Of a stretch of 37,549 bases of DNA, positions 17,172 to 25,308 are shown one piece after another (the first letter of the stretch is position 1; each line of letters begins with the position of its first letter). The notes below the pieces were generated by a model. The model ran no database searches, had not been told where the DNA came from, and was given only the letters and a program-made list of their open reading frames with translations. Origin of the DNA: a virus. Lineage: Duplodnaviria > Caudoviricetes. The DNA lies in the IMG/VR virus record IMGVR_UViG_3300010366_000024, positions 1-37,549 of that record; one strand, 5' to 3'. A program made the translations under genes and the position numbers.

Positions 17172-17707
17172 GGCAGGAAGTGTTCGTGGCCCCGCAGGGC
17201 AACGACGAGTACGTGACCACGGACGGGCTGCGGGGCCTGGCGGATATGGCCATGGCGGCGGGGGATGACGGCACCCAGTACGTGAAGGCCACGGTGGTGC
17301 GGCTGCTGCCCAGGCGGTGGTGGCGGCGGCGGGCGCGGGAGGAGGCGGTGGACGGGGCGCTGGTCCTCGCGTCGGTGGTGGTGCACCGGCCGGTGGGGAC
17401 GACCACCACGACGATGGCGGCGGCGGACTGGCGGCGTAACGACCCGGGTATGCCTAGCTTGCCCAGGGGCGTGGAGCCCGCGTACGGGCCGGGGGGCGGG
17501 CCGGCGTTCGGCTGGTACGGGGCGGAGGATGAACCGGTGGTGGCGCACGAGGAGGAACCGCTGCCGGCGTACACGGCCAGCGTGCACCCGGCAGATGCGG
17601 CCACGGGCAGCCTGCCCGCCGTGGCGGAGGCTACGGAGGCGTTGCCGGCGTTGACTGGCCCGCGTGGCCGTAACGGCCGTGGCCCGGGGCAGCATCGCGC
17701 GCCATGA
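17156..17707 (+). CDS. Hypothetical protein
   Basis: GGAGGAGGAG RBS before ATG 17156. Confidence 0.65.
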   Translation: MGAQLGQEVFVAPQGNDEYVTTDGLRGLADMAMAAGDDGTQYVKATVVRLLPRRWWRRRAREEAVDGALVLASVVVHRPVGTTTTTMAAADWRRNDPGMPSLPRGVEPAYGPGGGPAFGWYGAEDEPVVAHEEEPLPAYTASVHPADAATGSLPAVAEATEALPALTGPRGRNGRGPGQHRAP

Positions 17708-18582
17708 GCGGCCTGCCGGGGAGGGGCGAGGGGAACCCGCAGGCGGTGCAGCGTAACAGCGCGGGGCAGGCCCAGTCGGCCACGCCCAGTTACGTGGTGT
17801 ACCGGCACCGGGGGCTGCTGGCCACGGTGGAGGCGGGGGACGGCCGCACGGGGGTGCCTGACCTGGGCCACACCTATGACGCGCACAACAGGCCGCACCA
17901 TGCGCGGGAGGCGGAAGTGGAGCGGCTGGTGGCTGAGGCCAAGGCGCTGGCGGCGGCTCGCCACCGTGCGAAGCATCCAGAACGCAGCGAGTTACCCCGT
18001 CCGGATTGTGCGGTACACGTGTGTGCCTTATATTTGGTAGTGGAGAGGAGCACACAATGGCACACGTCACTTACCGGCCAGCGGTTCTCGGCCCCGTGCA
18101 CTGCTCGCAGTGCGGCACCCGCAACCCGGGCACCGACCAGGGTTACACCGGGTGCTGTAACGAGCCCACCTGCTCAGGGGCCTACGCGGGCGGCCTGTCC
18201 ACGTGGGCGGTGGGCACCATGGCCCACGGCGAGACCAGGCAGACGGGCACCGTCCGGGCATGCTGCGCGGCTGCCGCTGAGGCCAGCCTGCCGGACGGGC
18301 TGCTGGCGCTGTGGCTGGAGCGTTAGCCATGGCCGCCCACCAGACCCGCGCGCAGGTGTTCATCACCAGCTACGCCTGCAAGACCGGCCAGCACGGTGCC
18401 GCCTGCACCGCGTGGCTGGACACCCTGGCGGAAGTGGCCGGGGAGCACGGCATCATCTGCCATTGCCCCTGCCACCCGCCGTGCCAGCGGCCCGCGTGCG
18501 TCGCCACCCGGGCCAAGGGCATCACCGCCGTGCAAGACCCGGCCCTGGCCGGTTGACCACCCTGGAGAGGAACACGCCATGA
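17704..18582 (+). CDS. Hypothetical protein; only the first ~95 codons look coding, frame runs on through the next cassette
   Basis: ATGA overlap start; after ~17990 the frame overlaps a promoter and two better ORFs. Confidence 0.35.
   Translation: MSGLPGRGEGNPQAVQRNSAGQAQSATPSYVVYRHRGLLATVEAGDGRTGVPDLGHTYDAHNRPHHAREAEVERLVAEAKALAAARHRAKHPERSELPRPDCAVHVCALYLVVERSTQWHTSLTGQRFSAPCTARSAAPATRAPTRVTPGAVTSPPAQGPTRAACPRGRWAPWPTARPGRRAPSGHAARLPLRPACRTGCWRCGWSVSHGRPPDPRAGVHHQLRLQDRPARCRLHRVAGHPGGSGRGARHHLPLPLPPAVPAARVRRHPGQGHHRRARPGPGRLTTLERNTP
18006..18034 (+). promoter_or_regulatory. Sigma70/HrdB-type promoter
   Basis: TTGTGC-17 bp-TATATT in a rare AT-rich patch, followed by GGAGAGGAGCACACA-ATG. 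Confidence 0.65.
18057..18326 (+). CDS. Cys-rich small protein (CSQC, GCCNE, RACC)
   Basis: Strong RBS and promoter directly upstream. Confidence 0.75.
   Translation: MAHVTYRPAVLGPVHCSQCGTRNPGTDQGYTGCCNEPTCSGAYAGGLSTWAVGTMAHGETRQTGTVRACCAAAAEASLPDGLLALWLER
18329..18556 (+). CDS. Cys/His-rich small protein (CHCPCH)
   Basis: GGAG RBS; C..H..C...CHCPCH zinc-binding-like pattern. Confidence 0.65.
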   Translation: MAAHQTRAQVFITSYACKTGQHGAACTAWLDTLAEVAGEHGIICHCPCHPPCQRPACVATRAKGITAVQDPALAG

Positions 18583-18863
18583 TCTTGCACCCAAGCCCCC
18601 ACGTCCACGCCACCCGCGCGCACTGGGACAGTGCCACCCGCCACTTCTTGCTGGACGCCAGCGACATAGGCCCGCTGGGCCGCGTCTATGACAACGCCTG
18701 CGACGTGGGCCTCACCCTGGTCAGCCAGTACGGGGGCCGTGGCCAGGTGGTCATGGTCGTCAACCACGAGCAGCGCGACGGCGACGGCGACCTGCTGTAC
18801 CAGGACCTGGTGCCCGCTGATGGCCGCAGCCGTGACTTCGGTGTGCGGATTTACAACGACTAG
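18579..18863 (+). CDS. Small hypothetical phage protein (YDNACDVG motif)
   Basis: GGAGAGGAACAC RBS; ends RIYND*. Confidence 0.75.
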   Translation: MILHPSPHVHATRAHWDSATRHFLLDASDIGPLGRVYDNACDVGLTLVSQYGGRGQVVMVVNHEQRDGDGDLLYQDLVPADGRSRDFGVRIYND

Positions 18864-18875
18864 CCCCCCCCAGCC

Positions 18876-18916
18876 GCCAGCGGCCCGCATTCAGGGGAAG
18901 GGTGCGGGCCGCTGGC
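18876..18916 (+). terminator. 14-bp perfect stem-loop, probable terminator
   Basis: GCCAGCGGCCCGCA...TGCGGGCCGCTGGC just after the 18863 stop. Confidence 0.65.
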
Positions 18917-18940
18917 ATGTGCGCTGACAAGGCCGCCGCC

Positions 18941-18959
18941 GGTAAACCAACGGGGTACC
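18941..18959. promoter_or_regulatory. 19-bp dyad motif
   Basis: GGTAAAC-CAACG-GGGTACC, intergenic upstream of the structural block. Confidence 0.55.
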
Positions 18960-19160
18960 GCTGTGCGGCCCTCTGCGGGGCTGGGCGGCTGTCCCCACAC
19001 CAGGGCATGGACCTGCGGCTGGGCGGCTGACAGGCGCGCGTGGGGCCGCGCTGGCGGGGCAATGCGGGCCGCCTGGGTTACCCTGTGACTGCTGCGCCTG
19101 TCTTGGCGACGCCGGCGGGGCTAGCCACCCCGCCGGCTGGCAAGGGGATACGCTGCCCGC

Positions 19161-20489
19161 GTGGCAGGCGACAATGCGGTACACGTCCAGGACACTGGCA
19201 GCGCCCTGGTGGATACCTCGGACCTGGTGGTGGCCGGCCAGGACGTGCAGCGGCAGCGGGTAGTCATCGCGGACCCGGCCACGGCCGCCGGGCTCGCCCC
19301 GGTCACCGCCAAGGTGCTCACCGACGCCACGGCCGGCCTGGTGGTGCGGCACCTCGCGGAGCCGGCGCTGCCACCGCCTGACCGGTCACACAGCGGCCGG
19401 GTGCTGTTCGTTGAGGACTTCAGGGGCGGTGCCACGGGGGTGTACAACGACGGCTGCGGGTCGGCGCACGTGGACCCGGAGGTGATGTTCAACGGGCTGC
19501 CGTCGCTGCGGCTGGACCCGCAGGGGAACTCCTCCACGTCCAGCGCGACAGGCGGCAACCAGCAGTTGACCCTGGGTGGCAGCGCGGCCACCTACACGGT
19601 GGGCGGCAGCGGCACCCTGGTGGGCACCACCACCCAGGCGGGCAGCCCGGCGGTGGACACGGGCGGCGGGTACATCGTGCTCAACACGCCGTCGTCGTCG
19701 GCGTCGTGGCCTACTACCGATGGCAACAGCTACGTGCTCACCTATGCCAGCGCGGTGATTAGCGGCGGTTCGGGGGCGTGGACGGTCACATTCAGCGGGG
19801 TGGGCTTGGCGGGGCTGCCGGGTGCGCCGGGCACGTCGGTGACCACGGCCAACCAGGGCACGGCGGTGATGGCGGCGTGTAACCCGAATCCGAATGGCAC
19901 CGGGTCTCCGCTGACCAGCGGGGTGGTGGCTAAGCGGCGCATCTGTGACCAGTTCTCTGGGCGGTTCGGGCACGCGGTGTGGCTGCGGCCCACCTCCAAG
20001 TCAGCCGCTACCAGCTTCACCAGCGTGGTGTGCGTGTCGCTGTACAACCGGAACGGCACCGCTGCCGTGCTGGGCCGCATGATGATCCAGACGGCTGTGG
20101 GGATGAACCCCAGCCCGGGGTGGAACAACGACAATCAGTTGCTGTGGTATGTGACGCCGGGCACCCCGGTGGGGTTTAAGTGGGTGCCGTTCGCGTTCCT
20201 CACCCGGGCCGCGTTCAACCAGCACTCCTACGATCCGGCGGCGGGCTCGTGGGATGCGGCGGGTGGCTGGCATTACGCCAAAATCGTGTGTGACTTCGCC
20301 ACGGGCCAGTACGTGTCTATCCAGTTCAACGAGCAGGTGTACACGTCGATGGCGGGGGTGCCGATGTATTCGATCACCCCGGATTCGGGGGCCAAGATGA
20401 TGCACTTCTCTGTGGAGCTTGCCATGGCCCAGTCCGCCACCCGCCGGTATTGGAATACAGCCCGGTGGGTGGGCACGGTGGAGCCCTAG
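19161..20489 (+). CDS. Putative virion fibre/receptor-binding protein
   Basis: N-terminal QRQRVVIADP motif seen in phage fibre proteins, G/S/T-rich beta-strand body, lectin-like C-terminus (WHYAKIVCDFATGQYVSIQFN). Confidence 0.55.
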   Translation: MAGDNAVHVQDTGSALVDTSDLVVAGQDVQRQRVVIADPATAAGLAPVTAKVLTDATAGLVVRHLAEPALPPPDRSHSGRVLFVEDFRGGATGVYNDGCGSAHVDPEVMFNGLPSLRLDPQGNSSTSSATGGNQQLTLGGSAATYTVGGSGTLVGTTTQAGSPAVDTGGGYIVLNTPSSSASWPTTDGNSYVLTYASAVISGGSGAWTVTFSGVGLAGLPGAPGTSVTTANQGTAVMAACNPNPNGTGSPLTSGVVAKRRICDQFSGRFGHAVWLRPTSKSAATSFTSVVCVSLYNRNGTAAVLGRMMIQTAVGMNPSPGWNNDNQLLWYVTPGTPVGFKWVPFAFLTRAAFNQHSYDPAAGSWDAAGGWHYAKIVCDFATGQYVSIQFNEQVYTSMAGVPMYSITPDSGAKMMHFSVELAMAQSATRRYWNTARWVGTVEP

Positions 20490-20490
20490 G

Positions 20491-20907
20491 ATGGCGCGGC
20501 GGCCGGTCAACTGCCTGCAACTGGTGTCAGTGACGGGGCTGTCTCAGGTGACGGCCAACCCGCTGACCGCCTCCGGGCAGAGCCGGGAGCTTAAGGAACT
20601 GGGCAACTGGGATTTTGCCCGGTTCTACCTGATCGTGTCCGCGATCAGTGGCAGCGGCACGCCCAAGGTGGTGTTTACGCTAAGCGAGGAGTCCCCGGCG
20701 GACGGCACGTACTTTGCGGCCAACCCGGCCAGTGATCCGATCTTCAACGCCACCGGGCTGACGGCCACCAACGCGGTGCCGCTGGTGTCCACGGTGGACC
20801 CGTTGTATGGCCGGTCCTATCAGGTGTCGTGGGTGGTGACCGGGACGACGCCCAGCCTCACGTGCTCGCTGCTGGCTTATGGCGGGCGGCGTGGTGCTGA
20901 CGTGTGA
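20491..20907 (+). CDS. Small beta-sandwich virion protein
   Basis: YLIVSAISGSGTP...YQVSWVVTGTTPSLTCSL pattern typical of actinophage structural proteins. Confidence 0.6.
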   Translation: MARRPVNCLQLVSVTGLSQVTANPLTASGQSRELKELGNWDFARFYLIVSAISGSGTPKVVFTLSEESPADGTYFAANPASDPIFNATGLTATNAVPLVSTVDPLYGRSYQVSWVVTGTTPSLTCSLLAYGGRRGADV

Positions 20908-20934
20908 CTGGGCGGCGGGCGATACGATCCGCCC

Positions 20935-21402
20935 ATGTACACCGTGACCTGTCCGCAGTCGGGCATGTCCACGGTCGTTGCGTGTGCCTGTGAGCAGGTG
21001 GGGCATGACGCGGCGGCGGCGGGCGCGCACCACGAGCGGTGCCAGTTGAACAACTTGACGTCCAACCTGGCGTGCCCGCCCGAGGCGGGGTGCTGCCAGG
21101 AGCCCCACGACCATGAGGCTACGGCCAACGCCTGCCCCGGCGGGCACGGCGACTGCCCGGTGCCGGATGCCTGCGCATTGCATGAAGCCGCCAAGGCGCA
21201 CCACACGGCCATGGCGGCAGCGCACGAACGGCACGTGGCGGCGGGGGGCTCCTGGCAGCACGCGGCCATGCTGCTGGAGGAGCCGCCGCGTAGCTGTCCC
21301 GGTGGGCACTGCCACGTGGACCTGAAGGACTGCACGGTGTGCCACCCGGTCATCATCACAGCCGGGGTAGGCACGGCAGTGCTGCGGCCGGTGGCGACAT
21401 GA
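20935..21402 (+). CDS. Cys/His-rich metal-binding protein
   Basis: 14 Cys and 15 His in 155 aa, CPGGH twice. Confidence 0.7.
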   Translation: MYTVTCPQSGMSTVVACACEQVGHDAAAAGAHHERCQLNNLTSNLACPPEAGCCQEPHDHEATANACPGGHGDCPVPDACALHEAAKAHHTAMAAAHERHVAAGGSWQHAAMLLEEPPRSCPGGHCHVDLKDCTVCHPVIITAGVGTAVLRPVAT

Positions 21403-21878
21403 GGCGGCTGTGGCTGGCCACCTGGGCCACGCTGCTCTGGTCCTGGGTGCTGCTGGGCGCGGCGCTGGACCAGACGCAGGCGCAGAAGGTGGTGACGTAC
21501 CTCACCACGTCCACCGCCCCTGCCGCGCTCACCACCGGGTTCCGCATCCGACTGGACAGCGGCACCGCCACGGCCAGCGCGGCAGGCACGGAGATTACCG
21601 GCTCCGGGTACACCGCAGGCGGCCAGACCAGCACCGCGCCGTTCTTCACCACCGCGACCACGGCCAGCCCCAGCGTCACCACGGTGCCGCATACGGCGGT
21701 GCTGTCGTGGACCAACGGCAGCGGCGGCAACTGGTCCATACAATCTCTGGACGTGAACGACGGCGCAGGCAGCCCGATCCGCACCATGTATGGCAACTGG
21801 AATGGTGCCCCCGTGGTGGTGGCCAACGGCAATACCTTCCAGGTGGCGCTGGACGCCATCTCCTGCCAGGGGTCGTGA
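21399..21878 (+). CDS. Phage fibre-associated small structural protein with Trp-rich hydrophobic leader
   Basis: GTEITGSGYTAGG...VANGNTFQV pattern of the common small phage tail-fibre protein family; ATGA overlap. Confidence 0.65.
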   Translation: MRRLWLATWATLLWSWVLLGAALDQTQAQKVVTYLTTSTAPAALTTGFRIRLDSGTATASAAGTEITGSGYTAGGQTSTAPFFTTATTASPSVTTVPHTAVLSWTNGSGGNWSIQSLDVNDGAGSPIRTMYGNWNGAPVVVANGNTFQVALDAISCQGS

Positions 21879-21881
21879 CCC

Positions 21882-22469
21882 GTGGGCAGCCTGCTTAGCC
21901 CGGTCCCGGTCGTCTACTACTCCTCTGCGGTGGCCTCCACCAACTTGGCCACGTTCACCACCGAGGACAACTTGATGAAGGGCATGCCGCTGCTCAAGCT
22001 GCCCGACCTCGGGCAGGTGCTGGGCAAGCTGGGTGACCAGACATCGACTATGAAGTTGCGCGGCCTTGGCCAGGCGGGGGCGGTGTCCGCGACCACGCCC
22101 ACGTTCACCTATTCGCTGCGGGCTCTCACGTCCTCCACCTGGTCAGCGGGCGGTGTGCTGCTCGGCGCGTCCACGGCCTGCACGTGCGTGTCTGGGATCA
22201 CGCTGGGCGTGGTGCAGTTTGACATTGACATCTGGCTGCGCACCGGGCCGGTGCCGGGCACGCCCACCATCACAGTGGTGACCGGGGGCACGATCAGCGG
22301 TTCGGCGTTCTCCTCGCTCAACACCATCCCGGCGGCCGGCACCGCCCCCACATCCACCACCCTGGACGTGACCCAGCAGTACTACCTGTTCCTGTCTGCG
22401 GCGTGCTCGGCCAGCAACGCGGCGAACCTGACCAACTTGCAGGGCTTGAAGCTGTACGTAGAGTCCTAG
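21882..22469 (+). CDS. Putative virion structural protein
   Basis: T/S/G-rich beta-strand composition within the fibre block. Confidence 0.6.
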   Translation: MGSLLSPVPVVYYSSAVASTNLATFTTEDNLMKGMPLLKLPDLGQVLGKLGDQTSTMKLRGLGQAGAVSATTPTFTYSLRALTSSTWSAGGVLLGASTACTCVSGITLGVVQFDIDIWLRTGPVPGTPTITVVTGGTISGSAFSSLNTIPAAGTAPTSTTLDVTQQYYLFLSAACSASNAANLTNLQGLKLYVES

Positions 22470-22482
22470 CCGGGAGGCCGGT

Positions 22483-24870
22483 GTGCCCACGGTCACCCAG
22501 GTAAGCAGACGGCAGCGGTTCACCCGCACCCACCGGGTGCCGTTCCCCTGGCAAGCCCAAGGCGGCGGCCTGCCGGTGCTGCGCGGCGCAACCGGGTTCA
22601 ACTCCGGTGCCGCCGCCACGACCACCATCAACGTCACGTTCCCCACCGCCGTGCAACTGGGCGACCTGCTGCTGATCTACTCGGCGCAGGAATCATCGGT
22701 GCTGACCACCTGGACGTGCACCGCCCCGGTGTCGGGGGCAGCGTTCACCCAGGTGCCGGTGGGCGGTGATGGGGTGCTTACCGGCGTGTGCCAGTTGCTG
22801 TGGAAGTGGGCTGATGCGCAAGACGTGACCAACTGTGCCGCGTCTACCGCCTACACGGTCACCGAATCCGGCTCCCACCTGACCGCGTGCGTGGCTGCCG
22901 CCTACGGCAACGTTGGCAGCTTTGACCCCTACCCGGATAGCTCGGGCAAGATCAATCCGTCCTCCACGACGATCACGGTCAATGGCCTGGTCACCACAAA
23001 GCCGAACTCGACGCTGGTTTGGTTCGGGTTCGGCGGTGGAGGTGGTGGTGCCACCCCGGCGGCGGTGACCGCGCCGTCCGGGTTCACCGCCGAGATAACC
23101 CAGTCCAACACCACGTCCTCCAGTGGCACCAACGTGGGCCTGCTGATGGCGGACAAGGAGCAGGCCGCCAACGGTGCCAGCGGCAGCATGAACGGCACCC
23201 TGGCCTCTGGGCACACCAACGGCGGCGTGGCCATCGCTTTGGCCGGCATTCCCCCGGCCAAGGCCGCGCCAACCCAGGTGACCGCCACCCAGGGCGGCAG
23301 CACCGCGAACGGGCTGTTGCTGCGGGTGATGGTGCTCACCCAGCAGGCAGCCTCCCCCATCGGCGCAACGGCGGCGGCGGCTGCGTCGTCGGTGTCGATC
23401 ACGACCACCCAGACCGGTTCGCGGGTGTACGGCGCGACAATCAGGGCCAGCGGCACAGCCAACACGCCCGTCTCAGGCACCACGCTGATAGACGACGTGC
23501 AGGACACCACCCTGTTGGCGGACTACACCGCGTGGAAAACTACGGCGCTGACCGGTACGCCCGGTGCTACAACGGTGGGCTGCAACTTTGGCCCCGGCGT
23601 GGCCGCGCTGGAAGTGAAGACAGCCGGGGCGCTCACCGAGGAGGGCAGCGCACCGGCCCCGGCGGTCACTCTCACAGCCACCACCGTCCAAACCGAGGTG
23701 TTTACCCCGCCGCTGGGCTCGCTGCTGGTGGCCATCATCTCCTCTGACGGCGCGGGCAGCGTCACCACCATGGCCGTATCCGACACCACCGGGCTGACGT
23801 GGACGGAGCAGGTCAAGCAGAACCCTGTCGGCAACGGGTACGTGGGGGTGTGGACGGCTCCGGTCACCGCTGGCGGCGGCCCGTCCGCCGGGGTGGCCAC
23901 GCTCACCGCCGCGCTGAGCATCACTGCCCCGGCGGCGGTGGAGTTGGCCCCAGCTACCCTGCTGCCGCTGGTGGCCATCACCGACGCCGCGACGATGGAC
24001 GCACCGGCCACGCTGCTGGCCGGCGGGACGATGGCCGCGCCAGCGGCCGTGCAACTGGCCCCTGCCACCTTGGCCGCCGCGCTCAGCATCCCGGCCCCGC
24101 TGGTGGTGCAGCAGGCCACCGCCACGCTGGCCGCCGGCGTGGCCATTCCGGCCCCGGCCAGCACCCAGGTTGACACCGCCGCCACCCTGGCCGCGCTCGT
24201 GGCGATTACCGACGCCGCCACGCTGGACGCCCCGGCGACGCTGACTGCTGGGGGCAGCATCGCCGCCCCGGACGTGGTGCAGCGGGCGGTGGCCACCCTA
24301 ACCAGCCAGGTAGCAGTCAGCGACGTAGCCGTGCAACTGGCGGTGGCCACCCTGGCCGGCGCGTTCACCGTGTCCGCTTTGGCGCGGCAGTTGGCGGTGG
24401 CCACGCTGGCCGCGCAGGCCACCATCACCGACACAGCCGTGCAGCAGGCCATCGCCACCTTGGCGGCGGCGGCCGTGGTGCAGGCCGGCACCGGGGCGAC
24501 CGGTGCGGCCAGCCTGGTGGGCACCACGAGCATGGGCCTGGTCGTGGCCACGCAAGGCGCTGCGGCGGTGCTGGCCGCCGCTGCGGCGCTGCCCGCCCCG
24601 GTGGCAGGTGAGGCCGCTACGGCACTGCTGGCCGCCTTGGCCGCCGTCAACGCCAGCGGGGTGCAGACGTTCCGCACCACGGCCACCCTGGCCGTGCTTG
24701 CCGTCCTGCAAGCCAGCGGTGGCGCGCTGGCGGCCCACCCGCCGGCCTACGTCCGGGCCGGTAACGTGCACCAGGCATGGGCTGCGCTCGACGGCAGCGC
24801 GGCGTGGGCTGGGGGGGAGCCGCACGGCGGCTGGGCCGCCCGCCCGGGGCATTCTAGGATCACACCATGA
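22483..24870 (+). CDS. Long fibre-like protein with globular N-terminal domains and Ala-rich repeats
   Basis: GGGAGG RBS; TFPTAVQLGDLLLI and FTPPLGSLLVAII minor-tail-type motifs; about 15 ATL-led repeats of 18-20 aa. Confidence 0.7.
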   Translation: MPTVTQVSRRQRFTRTHRVPFPWQAQGGGLPVLRGATGFNSGAAATTTINVTFPTAVQLGDLLLIYSAQESSVLTTWTCTAPVSGAAFTQVPVGGDGVLTGVCQLLWKWADAQDVTNCAASTAYTVTESGSHLTACVAAAYGNVGSFDPYPDSSGKINPSSTTITVNGLVTTKPNSTLVWFGFGGGGGGATPAAVTAPSGFTAEITQSNTTSSSGTNVGLLMADKEQAANGASGSMNGTLASGHTNGGVAIALAGIPPAKAAPTQVTATQGGSTANGLLLRVMVLTQQAASPIGATAAAAASSVSITTTQTGSRVYGATIRASGTANTPVSGTTLIDDVQDTTLLADYTAWKTTALTGTPGATTVGCNFGPGVAALEVKTAGALTEEGSAPAPAVTLTATTVQTEVFTPPLGSLLVAIISSDGAGSVTTMAVSDTTGLTWTEQVKQNPVGNGYVGVWTAPVTAGGGPSAGVATLTAALSITAPAAVELAPATLLPLVAITDAATMDAPATLLAGGTMAAPAAVQLAPATLAAALSIPAPLVVQQATATLAAGVAIPAPASTQVDTAATLAALVAITDAATLDAPATLTAGGSIAAPDVVQRAVATLTSQVAVSDVAVQLAVATLAGAFTVSALARQLAVATLAAQATITDTAVQQAIATLAAAAVVQAGTGATGAASLVGTTSMGLVVATQGAAAVLAAAAALPAPVAGEAATALLAALAAVNASGVQTFRTTATLAVLAVLQASGGALAAHPPAYVRAGNVHQAWAALDGSAAWAGGEPHGGWAARPGHSRITP

Positions 24871-24974
24871 CGCTGCTGCTGTTCGGCCAGCAGCCGCCGC
24901 CGCCGCCCATCGCGGCGATGGAACCCGGCGGCCCACCGCACCAGGCGTGGGCCGCGCTGCCGCCGCACACATGA
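24867..24974 (+). CDS. 35-aa peptide MTLLLFGQQPPPPPIAAMEPGGPPHQAWAALPPHT
   Basis: ATGA overlap with the fibre gene, AGGA RBS, fills the gap exactly. Confidence 0.5.
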   Translation: MTLLLFGQQPPPPPIAAMEPGGPPHQAWAALPPHT

Positions 24975-24987
24975 AACGGGGGAGCCC

Positions 24988-25308
24988 GTGGACATTCCTG
25001 CCACCTGGACCGGCTACGTGTACATTCCCGTAACAGCCGCCGGGGTGGACCCGGCCACCCTCATGGGGTTTGCGGTGGACGTGGCGTTTGTCAGCGAGAC
25101 CGCCGAGCCAGCCAGCGGCGACTGGAAGGCCGCCACGTTCGTGGCCGACCCGGCTACCACCCGCCCGGCTGCCCGGCTGCTGGTGACGGCGGGGGATTAC
25201 CCGGCGGCACTGTACATGGCGTGGGTGCGGGTGCACGCCCCGCCGGAAATGCCGGTGATCCGCTCGGGCCGGGTCCGGGTCGGTGATACCAGGGGCACCG
25301 CGCCTTGA
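24988..25308 (+). CDS. Conserved actinophage structural protein preceding terminase
   Basis: GGGGAG RBS; VDVAF...DWKAA...ARLLV...YMAWVRV...PEMPV pattern. Confidence 0.7.
   Translation: MDIPATWTGYVYIPVTAAGVDPATLMGFAVDVAFVSETAEPASGDWKAATFVADPATTRPAARLLVTAGDYPAALYMAWVRVHAPPEMPVIRSGRVRVGDTRGTAP

Noticed and set aside
21330-21346. CTVCH read as a c-type heme motif (CxxCH)
   Set aside because: No export signal and many other Cys/His; zinc-type binding is more parsimonious
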